A DNA stretch of 64,000 nucleotides from Candidatus Zixiibacteriota bacterium. Its GTDB lineage: Bacteria > Zixibacteria > MSB-5A5 > UBA10806 > 4484-95. The notes under the pieces were generated by a model, which worked only from the letters and a program-made list of their open reading frames with translations, was not told the DNA's origin and ran no database searches. Shown here piece by piece: positions 48,226-58,418 of the stretch; the first letter of the stretch is position 1; each line of letters starts with the position of its first letter. The DNA lies in the NCBI GenBank assembly GCA_037441845.1, contig JBBIRK010000001.1, positions 128,001-192,000 on the forward strand, written 5' to 3'. The position numbers and the translations under genes are program-made.

Positions 48226-49329
48226 ATGAACAAAAAGGCAATGCTGATTTCGGCGGCTCTGGCGGTTGCAGTTTTATTCCTGGCAGGGTGCGAAAGAAAG
48301 GTTGTCGTCGAGGATAACGACCAGACCTCGTTGGCAAGCTGTTTCACCTGCCACGGCGATCAGGAATTCGCCATGCTTGCCGCGAAAAATCAATGGGAAC
48401 ATTCCCAGCACGCATCGGGCGAAAACGCCGATAGGAATCGAAATTATGATCCTACCCGCTACCAAACCTGCGAAAAATGCCACACCAACGAAGGATTCAT
48501 CGCGGAACTCACCGGGACGCCGTATGAAGGCGGAGAGTTCTCGGTGATCGGCTGTTTCACCTGCCATGCCCCACACACAAACGGCAATCTCGATTTGCGC
48601 ACCACCGCAGCGGTGGCTTTGTTGAACGGCGATTCGTACGACCGTGAGGAATCGAACATCTGCGCCAGATGCCATCAAGCGCGCGAAAACGCCACGACCT
48701 ACATAGTCGACGGCGTCCGACTGTCGACCCGTTGGGGACCTCACCACAGCAACCAAGCGGATATGCTTCTCGGGTCCAACGCCTATGAGTATGAAGGATT
48801 CGATTACGACAATTCCGCTCATACCAATGCAGCCGACGAGGGATGCCTGAATTGCCACATGGCGCCCGGCATCTCCAATATGGTTGGCGGGCACACGTTC
48901 AGAATGTACGACGAAGAAAGCGAACATATTCTCGTTTCCGGCTGCAACGCCGCCACCTGCCATAACGGCGATATCAGCGGTTCGTTTAATGTCACTGCCG
49001 ACGAGGACTACGACTGGGATGGAAACACCGAGGGCGTCGCCGATGAAATCACCGGACTTCTTGACAGCCTGTTCGTCTTGTTACAGGCGGGAAATTTGAT
49101 GACCAGCTCCGGTTCACCGGTAAACAATCGGGTCGTGGCGCTTGCGGAATCGGCCGGCGCAGTGTATAATTATTTGTTCGTGGAAGAGGACAAATCCGAG
49201 GGAATTCATAACACGGAATACGCGGTCGGGCTTCTGCAATCTTCCATAAACTACTTGGCCACCGGCGATCCGAACGGTTTCTTGCGTAAGCCGGGTATGG
49301 GAACATTGACGATGGCGGCGGCGCATTAA
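48226..49329 (+). CDS. Lipoprotein multiheme cytochrome c (5 CxxCH plus CNAATCH)
   Basis: Lipobox LFLAG-C; CFTCH, CEKCH, CFTCH, CARCH and CLNCH; AAGGAG SD. Confidence 0.85.
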   Translation: MNKKAMLISAALAVAVLFLAGCERKVVVEDNDQTSLASCFTCHGDQEFAMLAAKNQWEHSQHASGENADRNRNYDPTRYQTCEKCHTNEGFIAELTGTPYEGGEFSVIGCFTCHAPHTNGNLDLRTTAAVALLNGDSYDREESNICARCHQARENATTYIVDGVRLSTRWGPHHSNQADMLLGSNAYEYEGFDYDNSAHTNAADEGCLNCHMAPGISNMVGGHTFRMYDEESEHILVSGCNAATCHNGDISGSFNVTADEDYDWDGNTEGVADEITGLLDSLFVLLQAGNLMTSSGSPVNNRVVALAESAGAVYNYLFVEEDKSEGIHNTEYAVGLLQSSINYLATGDPNGFLRKPGMGTLTMAAAH

Positions 49330-49396
49330 TAGCCGACCGATAGTCTGTAATAGATAAAAGGGACACCAAACTGAATCAACCGCAGTGACAGTCCCC

Positions 49397-49436
49397 CGGC
49401 GCCCGTCATAGCAATTGCCAACGGGCGCCGTTTTTT
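49397..49436 (+). terminator. Intrinsic terminator after the lipoprotein cytochrome
   Basis: CGGCGCCCGT...ACGGGCGCCG perfect 10-bp stem followed by TTTTTT. Confidence 0.75.
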
Positions 49437-49489
49437 ATATGATTGTCGTACGGGAAATTGAAAAATAGGGAAATGCTTAGGACAACCAT

Positions 49490-51007
49490 ATGGCGTTAAC
49501 GAAATACGGACTGCCGCGATTGGCATATAACTGGATTAGCACGGTCGGTGCCATAATTGCCGGCGTCGTCGGTAGTATTGAGCTCACCTTGATCGGCATA
49601 GATATGATTTTCGGGATCACCACTCAATATCTGGGAATTCTCATTTATCTGGTCATTCCCCCTATCATAATTTTCGGTCTGATCTTGATACCGATCGGAA
49701 TGTATCGCCAATGGCGGCTGACTCAAAAAACCGGCGAATTGCCACCGCAAGCTTGGCCGGTGATCGATTTCAATCAAAAAAGCCAACGCAACGGCGCTGC
49801 GATTTTCTTTTTCGGCACCGCCCTATTTATAGTAATGAGCGCGGCCGGGACCTATCAAGCATATCATTTCAGCGAGTCGGTCGAATTCTGCGGAACCACC
49901 TGCCATAGCGTGATGAAACCGGAACATACCACTTACCAGAATTCGCCTCATGCCCGGGTCTTATGCACCGCCTGCCATGTCGGCGAGGGAGCCGGCTGGT
50001 ACACTCGTTCGAAATTGTCGGGCGCATATCAGGTTTACGCGGTGACTGTCAATAACTACCCGCGGCCGATTCCCACACCGATCGAGAACCTTCGCCCGGC
50101 TCAGGAGACATGCGAGCGCTGCCACTGGCCGGAGAAATTCTTCGGGTCGCAACAACGCCAGTTCGCGCATTATATGTATGACGAAGCTAATACGGGATGG
50201 ATTTATAATATGCTGCTTAAAACCGGCGGCGGACATCCGGCAACAGGTTTGATGCACGGTATTCACTGGCATATAAATATCGATACGAAGGTTGAATATA
50301 TAGCCAGAGATAAAAAAAGACTCGATATCCCCTGGATCAAAGTCACCGACAAGCTGACCGGGAAAGTAACGGTATATCAGGATAACGAAAATCCTTTGTC
50401 CCCGGAGGAAATAAGAACGGCCTCACCACGAATAATGGACTGTATGGATTGCCACAATCGACCCAGTCATATTTACCGGTCGCCGGATTATGCGATAGAC
50501 CAATTGCTTTGGGCAGGTAAACTTCCGCAATCTTTGCCGGAGATAAAAAGGGTTGCGGTCGAGGCACTCAACGGCGAATATTCCACGGAAAGCGAAGCGC
50601 TCGAGAAAATCGCCGAATCGATCACGGAATTTTACGGCGCCAATCATCCTCAACTTATGGAGCAAGACAGCGCTAAGATCACCGGGGTGGTTCGCGAGGT
50701 GCAGACCGCTTTCAAAAACAATATCTTCCCGGAGATGAAAGCCAAATGGTCAGCTTATCCCAACCACATCGGCCATTTCACGGACAAAGGTTGCCTTCGC
50801 TGCCACGATGGTAAGCACACCACCGATGACGGAACCGCAATCAGCCACGATTGCAAAGCCTGCCATACGATCCTGGCCCAGGGCCGCCCCGATTCACTCA
50901 TGAACTCAACGTCCGCGGAAGGTCTGGAATTCATCCACCCGGTCGATGTCGGGGACATATGGAAAGAAAGCGGTTGCTACGAATGCCATACGGGGGTTCA
51001 ACCCTGA
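49490..51007 (+). CDS. ImcH-like NapC/NirT-family inner-membrane heptaheme cytochrome c
   Basis: Three N-terminal TM helices; SVEFCGTTCH, SPHARVLCTACH, SKLSG, LRPAQETCERCH, GIHWH, CMDCHNRPSH, CLRCH, CKACH and CYECH. Confidence 0.85.
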   Translation: MALTKYGLPRLAYNWISTVGAIIAGVVGSIELTLIGIDMIFGITTQYLGILIYLVIPPIIIFGLILIPIGMYRQWRLTQKTGELPPQAWPVIDFNQKSQRNGAAIFFFGTALFIVMSAAGTYQAYHFSESVEFCGTTCHSVMKPEHTTYQNSPHARVLCTACHVGEGAGWYTRSKLSGAYQVYAVTVNNYPRPIPTPIENLRPAQETCERCHWPEKFFGSQQRQFAHYMYDEANTGWIYNMLLKTGGGHPATGLMHGIHWHINIDTKVEYIARDKKRLDIPWIKVTDKLTGKVTVYQDNENPLSPEEIRTASPRIMDCMDCHNRPSHIYRSPDYAIDQLLWAGKLPQSLPEIKRVAVEALNGEYSTESEALEKIAESITEFYGANHPQLMEQDSAKITGVVREVQTAFKNNIFPEMKAKWSAYPNHIGHFTDKGCLRCHDGKHTTDDGTAISHDCKACHTILAQGRPDSLMNSTSAEGLEFIHPVDVGDIWKESGCYECHTGVQP

Positions 51008-51087
51008 TTCAATCGATTAACTGGAAATTGCGGAGAACTCGATCGAAACGCTCTCCAAACGAATCGGCAGCCCGGATCAAATGAAAT

Positions 51088-51678
51088 TCAATTTCGGCTC
51101 ATGAATTTGCCTATGCCGTTCAGGAACATCTGCACGGATAGAGTCGTAAGGATCATCCCCATTAATCGCTCCATGGCGATCAGGCCGCGATGACCCAAAG
51201 TCCGGCTTAAATGAGTGGACGAAATCAGTATTGCGGCGGTCACTATCCAGGCGCATATCAGGGCCAGCAGCCATTCCGCAACGCGGCCCGGCTCGCGGGT
51301 CGATAATAGCAAAACGCTCGCCATCGCCGACGGCCCGGCGATAAGCGGTATAGCCAGCGGCACGATGAAAGGCTCTTTATCAGGACCGACAGGCAAAGAT
51401 GCATCCGTCGTGGAAAAAATCATCTTGAGCGCGATTATGAACAAAATTATGCCGCCGGCAATCGAGAGCGATGGTTCGCTTAAATCGAGAGCCCTGAGAA
51501 TGAACCTTCCGGCAAACAAGAATACGACAAGCACTATCAACGAAATCAACAGCTCGCGGATAATGATCCTGCGACGCTTTTTGGGAGGAATATCCTTAAG
51601 CATGGTCAGGAAAAGAGGGATATTGCCCAAAGGGTCCATCACCAAAAAAAGCAATATCGCCGCCGAATAAATCGTCAT
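51088..51678 (-). CDS. MarC family membrane protein
   Basis: MDPLGNIPLF, IAGGIILF, VPLAIPLIAGP and ERLMGMIL motifs. Confidence 0.92.
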   Translation of the reverse strand: MTIYSAAILLFLVMDPLGNIPLFLTMLKDIPPKKRRRIIIRELLISLIVLVVFLFAGRFILRALDLSEPSLSIAGGIILFIIALKMIFSTTDASLPVGPDKEPFIVPLAIPLIAGPSAMASVLLLSTREPGRVAEWLLALICAWIVTAAILISSTHLSRTLGHRGLIAMERLMGMILTTLSVQMFLNGIGKFMSRN

Positions 51679-51786
51679 CGCCTATTCCAATTTTAATCGA
51701 GTTATAGTTGAAATCACGTATCGGATCAAGCCGTTTGTCGTAAATTTCACGAAAACGGCGCGAGAGGTTTCCGAAATTTCCAAACT

Positions 51787-51819
51787 AAAACGGGCGACTG
51801 CTGGAAACAGACGCCCGTT
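51787..51819 (-). terminator. Intrinsic terminator after the C25 peptidase gene
   Basis: AACGGGCG..CTG...CAG.CGCCCGTT hairpin with TTTT on the minus strand. Confidence 0.6.
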
Positions 51820-51845
51820 AGGATCGTCGAACAGTCTGATATCGC

Positions 51846-54800
51846 CTACTTCAAGATCAACATCCGCTTGGTTATCGTTTTCTGCTCGGTATTCAGGCGA
51901 TAGAAATAGATGCCGCTCGAGACCGTGTTACCGTTGAAATCGTGGCCGTCCCAGATTACGGAGTGATAACCTGTATCTCGATAGGAATCCAGCAACGTGG
52001 CCACTTTCTGGCCCATGATATTGAATATATCGAGCGAAACTCTGCCGGAAATCGGCAGTGAATAGCGGATTACGGTTCGGGCGTTGAACGGATTGGGATA
52101 ATTCTGAGCCAGAGCGAATTCAGTGGGTAATCCATTGTTTTCGTTTATCCCGGTCGTAATGCGGCTGTAACCCACGGTCTTGTTCGATCCCAGCGATTGG
52201 GCCTGATAGTTCGCACCGCCGAATACCGCAACCACGTAGTACCAATAGGCGTTCGTATCGGTGACCGACACGTCATTGTAAATTACCCCATTGATCGGGG
52301 CGCCGTTTATCTTGGAATAAACGCCGTTTTCCCAGCGGCTGCGATAGATATCATAGCCGATCAGATCGGGATGGGATACCGCAGACCAGGAAAGCTCGAT
52401 TCTGTTTTCGAACGAGTCGCTGGCTGCGAGGTTGGCAGGCACAGGACACGGAACCAAAGTCGCGTTTTGTCCGGAGACCACCTGATTCGGATTGACCATA
52501 ATATTCGCTATGGTTTGGGGGAACCAGCCTGTCTTACTGAAAGTGACATCAATCGTATCGGGCGGCACGTTGTCGATCAGGTAGGCCCCTGCCGCGTTGC
52601 TCATGGCATATTGACCGGTCGATGCATTGGCCTTTACTCCGTCATTGCCGCCGCCGGTAACCGTTACCGAGCCGGTAATACGTCCCCGGCCGGTGTTGGT
52701 AGTTATGCGATAAACCCTGTTAGCGGCCAGAGTGGCGCAGCCTGGGCTGTAGGTGTTGGAATAGGTTACGTTGAAGCCGATATTCTCGTTGTGATTCTCG
52801 AATCCGACGGTGGCGTAATTCTCCTCTGGATCGGTTTCTCCATTGGTAATCTGGCGGTAAACGAATTCGAACATGCCGTCGCCGCTGATCGTGGGATAAT
52901 ACTCTTGATCATACAAAACCACTTGGAAAGTTTGCCTGGCCGTGTATGTCCTGGCCGAAACGCTGTCCCACTGAATTATAAATCGATGGGATAAAGTATC
53001 GAATTTTGTAAATATATTGTATCTCCCGCTCGGCCCGAGGTCATCCCAGAAAGGCGCGATCATCGCCGGCGCATTGGCCGGATCGGGGAAAGGCCAGTTG
53101 CGGAAACTGACCCATTGGGTCGAGTCCATGCAGATCCAGCCGTTGGAGCAGACCGAGATCCGATTGTGGGATCGCCCATAGTATTTGAACGTGAACGGCA
53201 GATTTACGATCGCCCGGCTGTCATCGGAAAGATTCAGATTCGTTCCGCCGTTGGTGCGTGCATCATACCAGTTGAAAGTCGGTCTTTCGGAATACGATAC
53301 ATCCAGGTCGTCATAGACGAAATAGCCGTAAGCATCCGGTCCGCCCGGATCCGAGGTTGCGACTTGGCCAATGGTGAGATTGTAACTTGCCTCGTAAATT
53401 CCACCCTCGGCCGTAGTAATGCTCAATTTGAATGGAACCGATTGTCCTTTGAATGCGGCCGGATCGACGATGACAGTGAATGGATCCAGGCTGTTGCGGA
53501 TCGTATCCCCGATATCGATCGGGCCGTAATAGGAGGTTTGCGGCGACACCTGAACATAGCCCGATGTCGTCGAAATCGTGGCCCTGACATCGCCGGCATC
53601 GAGATGCCCGAAATTATTCAAAGCCAAAGCGACGGTTGCTGTATCACCAGGATCAAGCCGATTATTTCCGGAAATGGTGGCGCCGGTTATTCTGAAATTA
53701 GGGGCGACTATCGAAAGCGGCATATAATCCTGCCAACCGATCGAATCATCAGTCGATCTTATGTCAAGTCGAAGCGTCGCTATGTCTCCGTCTTTCGCCG
53801 AGGGGTTGATTCCGATAACATAGTTGTCATTGCAGAAAGCGCTATCGCCCGGAGCGATATTGCCATAATTGGCCGTACTTCTATGAACTGTCACCAAATC
53901 GGCATCTACAGCCACCAAATCCGCCGTCACATTGAGAGCGGTGCCGGACACACCGGCGTTTTTCAATATTATAGATAGCTCGATTGTCTCGTCCGGACTG
54001 GCCATGCCGTTCGAATCGCCGGAACTCAAGCCCTGGTCGTCGTCGTCAACAAGGCTGGAATGATACCCCACGATTTCGGCGCCGGGAACAATCACCACCT
54101 GCCCCTGAAAAGGTATCAATTCCCGTCCGCTGACCGTCAGTTTCAAAGTTCCGGTGGTGTCGGTGGGCACGCGAATCAAGGCGTTACCTTCGCTGTCTGT
54201 TTTGCCCACGGAGAAAAATCTTTCGGTTGTGCTGTCGGCCATGATCAAGGTAACGTAGGCGTTCGGCATGGGACGCATTGAGACATCGGACACATTCACG
54301 GTGGTGTAATTCATCCCGAGGATTATGGTGTCTTCGAAACTGACGGCGATTTGCACCGGCAGAGAGATTCTCATTTCGAGTTCGGGATCGCCCAGCATAT
54401 TATAAGTGTGGAAATACTGCTGGATAGTGGATTGCGCCCTGGGATAGACGGTTTTTTGGCGCATTTTCCCGGCGACCGCGGCCATAGCGAAATGATAAAT
54501 GTCGTCATAAAGAAGGCCGCGGTAGAATCCTATGGTTATAGGATTATTCCATTGCGTATGCGTATTGCCATCGGTTGCGCCGAAGAAAGCTGGACCGCCT
54601 TTAGGGGCGGCTTGGGTTCCCATTCGAATGTAGGTTTCGCCGAAACAGACATCGACTCCATAATTGCCGGTTCCGCAGACAATAGAGGTCATCACTCCGG
54701 GCTTGTTGATATTATTGCAGGAGCTGAGGTTTCCGGTATTGAACGGCGGCTCCCACCAGCCGCTTGATCCCGCCCAACCACGATAATTGATAATACCGAC

Positions 54801-56171
54801 ACCGTTTGTGATTACCTGGGCGATCGCGCTTGCCGGCGGTGTATAGTTGGCGCGCTGGAAAAATGTATCCACCTGAGTGAACCCTTTCCAGAGCAACCGC
54901 TCCTTGACCCAGAGACAGGTCCAAACCGGGCTTATCGCGTGTCGATCGGTGGAAACGCTGACGCCCCGAACCAGATACTCCCTATCACCTGAAACCAGAG
55001 GATTTTTCTCATAGACAAGAGTCTTGGCGATAAAAGCATTAAGCTCGGTGATATTGTCGACAGATGCCCTCGCAACGCCGACATCGGGAATCCAGTCGGA
55101 ACCGTTCAGACAAGCATATTGATGGTCCGATGTGTAATAGCTGTAAGGATAATCGGGTACAAGCTCGCCTCCGCTGTTAAGGTCCTCATCTCCGACTATA
55201 CATACGAAATCGGGGCGGACAGGCCAGGTATTGTAAGCATTCGTGAGGAAAGTCTTTATCTGCGCGGCCGTCGGATGCCCGTTCGTATTTATTTCCGAGG
55301 TGGTGACCAACCTGACATCGTATCCTTTGGCGCGTTTCCAATCGGCGAATTGCTTCATGGGCGCTTTCCAGAGATAACTTCCGAGATTAGGCACGATAAT
55401 TATATATCCGCCGCGCTTGATCTCCGTCGCGCTGAGGCTTGCGATATAAGCATCGAAATTGGCCAACGTGGTCCTGTAAAGCGGCATGAAAGCTTCGGAA
55501 AGATACGGTCTTCTGTTCGTCAGCGGATTGATCACTTCGCCATCGTGGCTGATATTGACGGTGATGTTGCGATATATTTTCAATTGATGGCGGACCGGAT
55601 TGTATTGCACCGGATAGACCACCACCTGAGCCATCCGCACGTCCTGCATGATTACGGGTTCGCCGGCTTCGCAAAGCTGTTCCGGGTAGAATGCATCACG
55701 GGAGTAGGCCTCGTTATTTATCACGAAGGCCGCAGGCGCTGCTTCACCACCCTCCGGTGTGGGAACTTGGAAGGGCATGACATCGATATTTTCAATGATC
55801 TCGTAACTTTCGTAGTCCGCGGAAACCGTAATGCCGGCGTTATCGGGGATTCCGACAAAAGTCGAAAGCAACGGCAATTGCGGCATTCCGATCTCAGATA
55901 TAGACCCAGCGACCAGGCGGTCGCCGTCCGGCAGCGACACCTGGCTGTATCCGGTATTCCACTGCTGGTCGGCGACGATCGATATGACATCGAAATCAAT
56001 GGCAAGAGATCCGCCTGCCGTAGAATAGGAAATCGGGGCCACCTGGGAGCTGTGTCCCTCTATATCCTGGACAATCGATACCCGCTGGGCAGAAAGTGCA
56101 GGATCGACTGGAAACGATAGCAGAATCGCTGCAATTATTGCCGCAGTTGCGATTAACATTTTGGATTTCAT
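51846..56171 (-). CDS. C25 (gingipain-like) peptidase family protein with propeptide, Ig-like domains and FlgD/T9SS-like C-terminus
   Basis: G.PQLP propeptide, FADWKRAKGY, IVGD, NYRGW..SIVCGTG..CFGE, YNMLGDP, GPDAYGY and QNYPNPFN...WDG...SSGIYFY motifs. Confidence 0.88.
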   Translation of the reverse strand: MKSKMLIATAAIIAAILLSFPVDPALSAQRVSIVQDIEGHSSQVAPISYSTAGGSLAIDFDVISIVADQQWNTGYSQVSLPDGDRLVAGSISEIGMPQLPLLSTFVGIPDNAGITVSADYESYEIIENIDVMPFQVPTPEGGEAAPAAFVINNEAYSRDAFYPEQLCEAGEPVIMQDVRMAQVVVYPVQYNPVRHQLKIYRNITVNISHDGEVINPLTNRRPYLSEAFMPLYRTTLANFDAYIASLSATEIKRGGYIIIVPNLGSYLWKAPMKQFADWKRAKGYDVRLVTTSEINTNGHPTAAQIKTFLTNAYNTWPVRPDFVCIVGDEDLNSGGELVPDYPYSYYTSDHQYACLNGSDWIPDVGVARASVDNITELNAFIAKTLVYEKNPLVSGDREYLVRGVSVSTDRHAISPVWTCLWVKERLLWKGFTQVDTFFQRANYTPPASAIAQVITNGVGIINYRGWAGSSGWWEPPFNTGNLSSCNNINKPGVMTSIVCGTGNYGVDVCFGETYIRMGTQAAPKGGPAFFGATDGNTHTQWNNPITIGFYRGLLYDDIYHFAMAAVAGKMRQKTVYPRAQSTIQQYFHTYNMLGDPELEMRISLPVQIAVSFEDTIILGMNYTTVNVSDVSMRPMPNAYVTLIMADSTTERFFSVGKTDSEGNALIRVPTDTTGTLKLTVSGRELIPFQGQVVIVPGAEIVGYHSSLVDDDDQGLSSGDSNGMASPDETIELSIILKNAGVSGTALNVTADLVAVDADLVTVHRSTANYGNIAPGDSAFCNDNYVIGINPSAKDGDIATLRLDIRSTDDSIGWQDYMPLSIVAPNFRITGATISGNNRLDPGDTATVALALNNFGHLDAGDVRATISTTSGYVQVSPQTSYYGPIDIGDTIRNSLDPFTVIVDPAAFKGQSVPFKLSITTAEGGIYEASYNLTIGQVATSDPGGPDAYGYFVYDDLDVSYSERPTFNWYDARTNGGTNLNLSDDSRAIVNLPFTFKYYGRSHNRISVCSNGWICMDSTQWVSFRNWPFPDPANAPAMIAPFWDDLGPSGRYNIFTKFDTLSHRFIIQWDSVSARTYTARQTFQVVLYDQEYYPTISGDGMFEFVYRQITNGETDPEENYATVGFENHNENIGFNVTYSNTYSPGCATLAANRVYRITTNTGRGRITGSVTVTGGGNDGVKANASTGQYAMSNAAGAYLIDNVPPDTIDVTFSKTGWFPQTIANIMVNPNQVVSGQNATLVPCPVPANLAASDSFENRIELSWSAVSHPDLIGYDIYRSRWENGVYSKINGAPINGVIYNDVSVTDTNAYWYYVVAVFGGANYQAQSLGSNKTVGYSRITTGINENNGLPTEFALAQNYPNPFNARTVIRYSLPISGRVSLDIFNIMGQKVATLLDSYRDTGYHSVIWDGHDFNGNTVSSGIYFYRLNTEQKTITKRMLILK

Positions 56172-56191
56172 AGTACCTCCGCGTGCGTTGT

Positions 56192-57988
56192 TTAAAATAC
56201 CCTATTTTCGAAAATCATCAGACCGTTATCCCTATCCGTGACGTAAATGTATGACTCGTCCGCCCATAAACCATAGGCATAGGGAGTCGTATATGCGGAC
56301 AAGAAAACGGGAGCGAACGGATTGGAAATGTCGATCACTTTCAATCCACCGGAACCATCGGCGATGAAACAATAATTGCCGACTATATGCAGATCCTTGG
56401 TCCTGCCCGAGGTATTGATTCTGGCGATTATCTCAGGATGAGCCGAGTCCGGCTCGGGGTTATCGAAAGCGAATACGGTGTCAGGCATTTGCATTATCAC
56501 CAGCCCGCCGCGATCATCGGCGACATAGATGAAACGCCCCTTGGTCTGGATCGATAGACACTCCGACCAGGTGTCGCAGCGTCCGACCCTGATCGGTGAG
56601 TTCATTAGCTCAATAACCGAATCCGGAAAGCCAAACGGATGCGTGCGGGAAACATCGAACACCTGAACCCCGTATTGACCGCTGGCCACGTAAATAAATT
56701 GATGCAGCGATTCTTCGTAGCTGACCGAATCGGGTTCGCGGGGATCACGATATTGCACCTGCACGGTCATGGTGTCGAACCACACGCCTTTTCCCGAGCC
56801 CTGCAGATTTATTTCGTTCATGGTCCAGAACGGGTCCTGGTGCGGCAACGGATCATAAACCATACGATAAATATTAAGCGATTGATGCGACGGTGCGCCC
56901 GAGGATACGCCGATTATATACAATGAATCGTTATAGTAAACGCCGAGCGCCTCCTCGAGATTCTGAGCGATACCGAAAGTGCTGTTTCCCGGCGAATATG
57001 GGTTCAAAGGAAAGGAAACATCCATGATCTGAATTTTGCCGTCCATGTCGGCCACATAGGCATAATTGTCGGTGGGCGATTTCCAAACCGCCATGGCTAT
57101 ATCATCGTTGGACAATTCTATGTTGCCGATAATAGCGGGGCTTTGTGTATCGCTGATATCGACCAGCGTCAAGTCAGCATGACCATCGGCCACATAGGCG
57201 ATATTGCCCTCGATCAAGACATCTTGAGGAATGCCGTATGTCTGTATCCGGGCCAGAAAACCGAAATAATTGCTGTTGTCGTTGATCCTGAATCGCCATA
57301 TAGTTGCATCGGCCCAGTTGCCCCAGCCGTTCACGGCGGTGAATTGTCGGACGCGCCAATAATATGAGCCGTTCGAAAGCGCCTCCGACGGAGCGTATTG
57401 GGTATCCGAGACTACAATGTCGAGAGTGTTGTCGATAAAATCCACGCTGCCCGAAACTTGCAATTGATAAGCCAGCGCCGCTCCATAAGGACGCCAATAA
57501 AAAACCGGAGTGGTCGCCATAGCGGAATCGGAATTGGGAGGCGCGGCGAGCCTGACCCGATTTGGATTGGGGTAGGTGGTGTCTCCGTAAACGACAAAGC
57601 GCCAAATAGTTGCATCAGACCAATCGCCCCATATATTATCGCTGTTTTGAGCTCGCACCCGCCAATAATGCCTGCCGTCGGAAAGCATGCTGCCATGCGA
57701 ATAAAAAGTATCATTAGTGGCAACCTGAAGTATCTGGCCGGGGAATGCGGGATCGGCGGCAATCTGGATCTGATATTGGGTCGCACCAGCCAGTGATTCC
57801 CATGCGAAGACCGGCATTTGAGTAAAAACCGAATCGGAATTGGGCGGATACACGAGCTTCACTTTCCCGGGCGGATTTCCATAGATAATGATTTTCTCTT
57901 TCGAACATGAAAGCAAAAATATTGCCGCAAAAACAATCGTCATGCCAAACAACAGAATGGTCCAATTCCTTTTCGATTCAGGACGCAT
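56192..57988 (-). CDS. Lipoprotein with two Ig/FN3-like repeats and an LVIVD-repeat propeller
   Basis: Lipobox LLS-C; duplicated PPNSDS..P.F.W..YQ.Q..YWRVR..W.DATIWRF units; repeated AYVADG / YVADD / FIADG..L.VIDIS motifs. Confidence 0.8.
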   Translation of the reverse strand: MRPESKRNWTILLFGMTIVFAAIFLLSCSKEKIIIYGNPPGKVKLVYPPNSDSVFTQMPVFAWESLAGATQYQIQIAADPAFPGQILQVATNDTFYSHGSMLSDGRHYWRVRAQNSDNIWGDWSDATIWRFVVYGDTTYPNPNRVRLAAPPNSDSAMATTPVFYWRPYGAALAYQLQVSGSVDFIDNTLDIVVSDTQYAPSEALSNGSYYWRVRQFTAVNGWGNWADATIWRFRINDNSNYFGFLARIQTYGIPQDVLIEGNIAYVADGHADLTLVDISDTQSPAIIGNIELSNDDIAMAVWKSPTDNYAYVADMDGKIQIMDVSFPLNPYSPGNSTFGIAQNLEEALGVYYNDSLYIIGVSSGAPSHQSLNIYRMVYDPLPHQDPFWTMNEINLQGSGKGVWFDTMTVQVQYRDPREPDSVSYEESLHQFIYVASGQYGVQVFDVSRTHPFGFPDSVIELMNSPIRVGRCDTWSECLSIQTKGRFIYVADDRGGLVIMQMPDTVFAFDNPEPDSAHPEIIARINTSGRTKDLHIVGNYCFIADGSGGLKVIDISNPFAPVFLSAYTTPYAYGLWADESYIYVTDRDNGLMIFENRVF

Positions 57989-58103
57989 GCACACTCCTTG
58001 GAAAAAGCGTCAAAATATAGATCTTTTTCGTCTGATTCTCTCTAATTTCACAGTTACTTGGGCGGGATGCTTCAAAAAACCTCACGGTCTTTCAACCTGT
58101 CCA

Positions 58104-58131
58104 AATATAACCTAATTCCCCCTTCTGTCAA
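58104..58131 (-). promoter_or_regulatory. Putative sigma70 promoter for the lipoprotein-C25 operon
   Basis: Minus strand TTGACA-16 nt-TATATT; the -35 sits inside an inverted repeat ATTCCCC(C)TT...AAGGGGAAT. Confidence 0.5.
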
Positions 58132-58418
58132 GGGGAATCGGCCGGAAACAATTAATACTCGAATTTATCAATATCTCAAGACAGCGGGGACGAAATTTTC
58201 GTTTTGCAATCCCGGCCGTATTTTATAATAAACAACGCCCGGCAATAGTTTGTTGCGTAATTCCGGTTGGAATAGCGGGTTATTATATTTCCGCGACTAT
58301 AATGAATTTTCACCGCAGCTGCGGTCATCTCTTGGCAAGATAATCTGTCATGGAAATAGCGGACATGCCGGACACTATTGATCCGGCTGGACCGCCATAT
58401 CAGTCGAAAGACCTATTA

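Noticed and set aside
55119..56120. 333-aa plus-strand ORF
   Set aside because: Antisense shadow of the C25 peptidase with no recognisable motifs.
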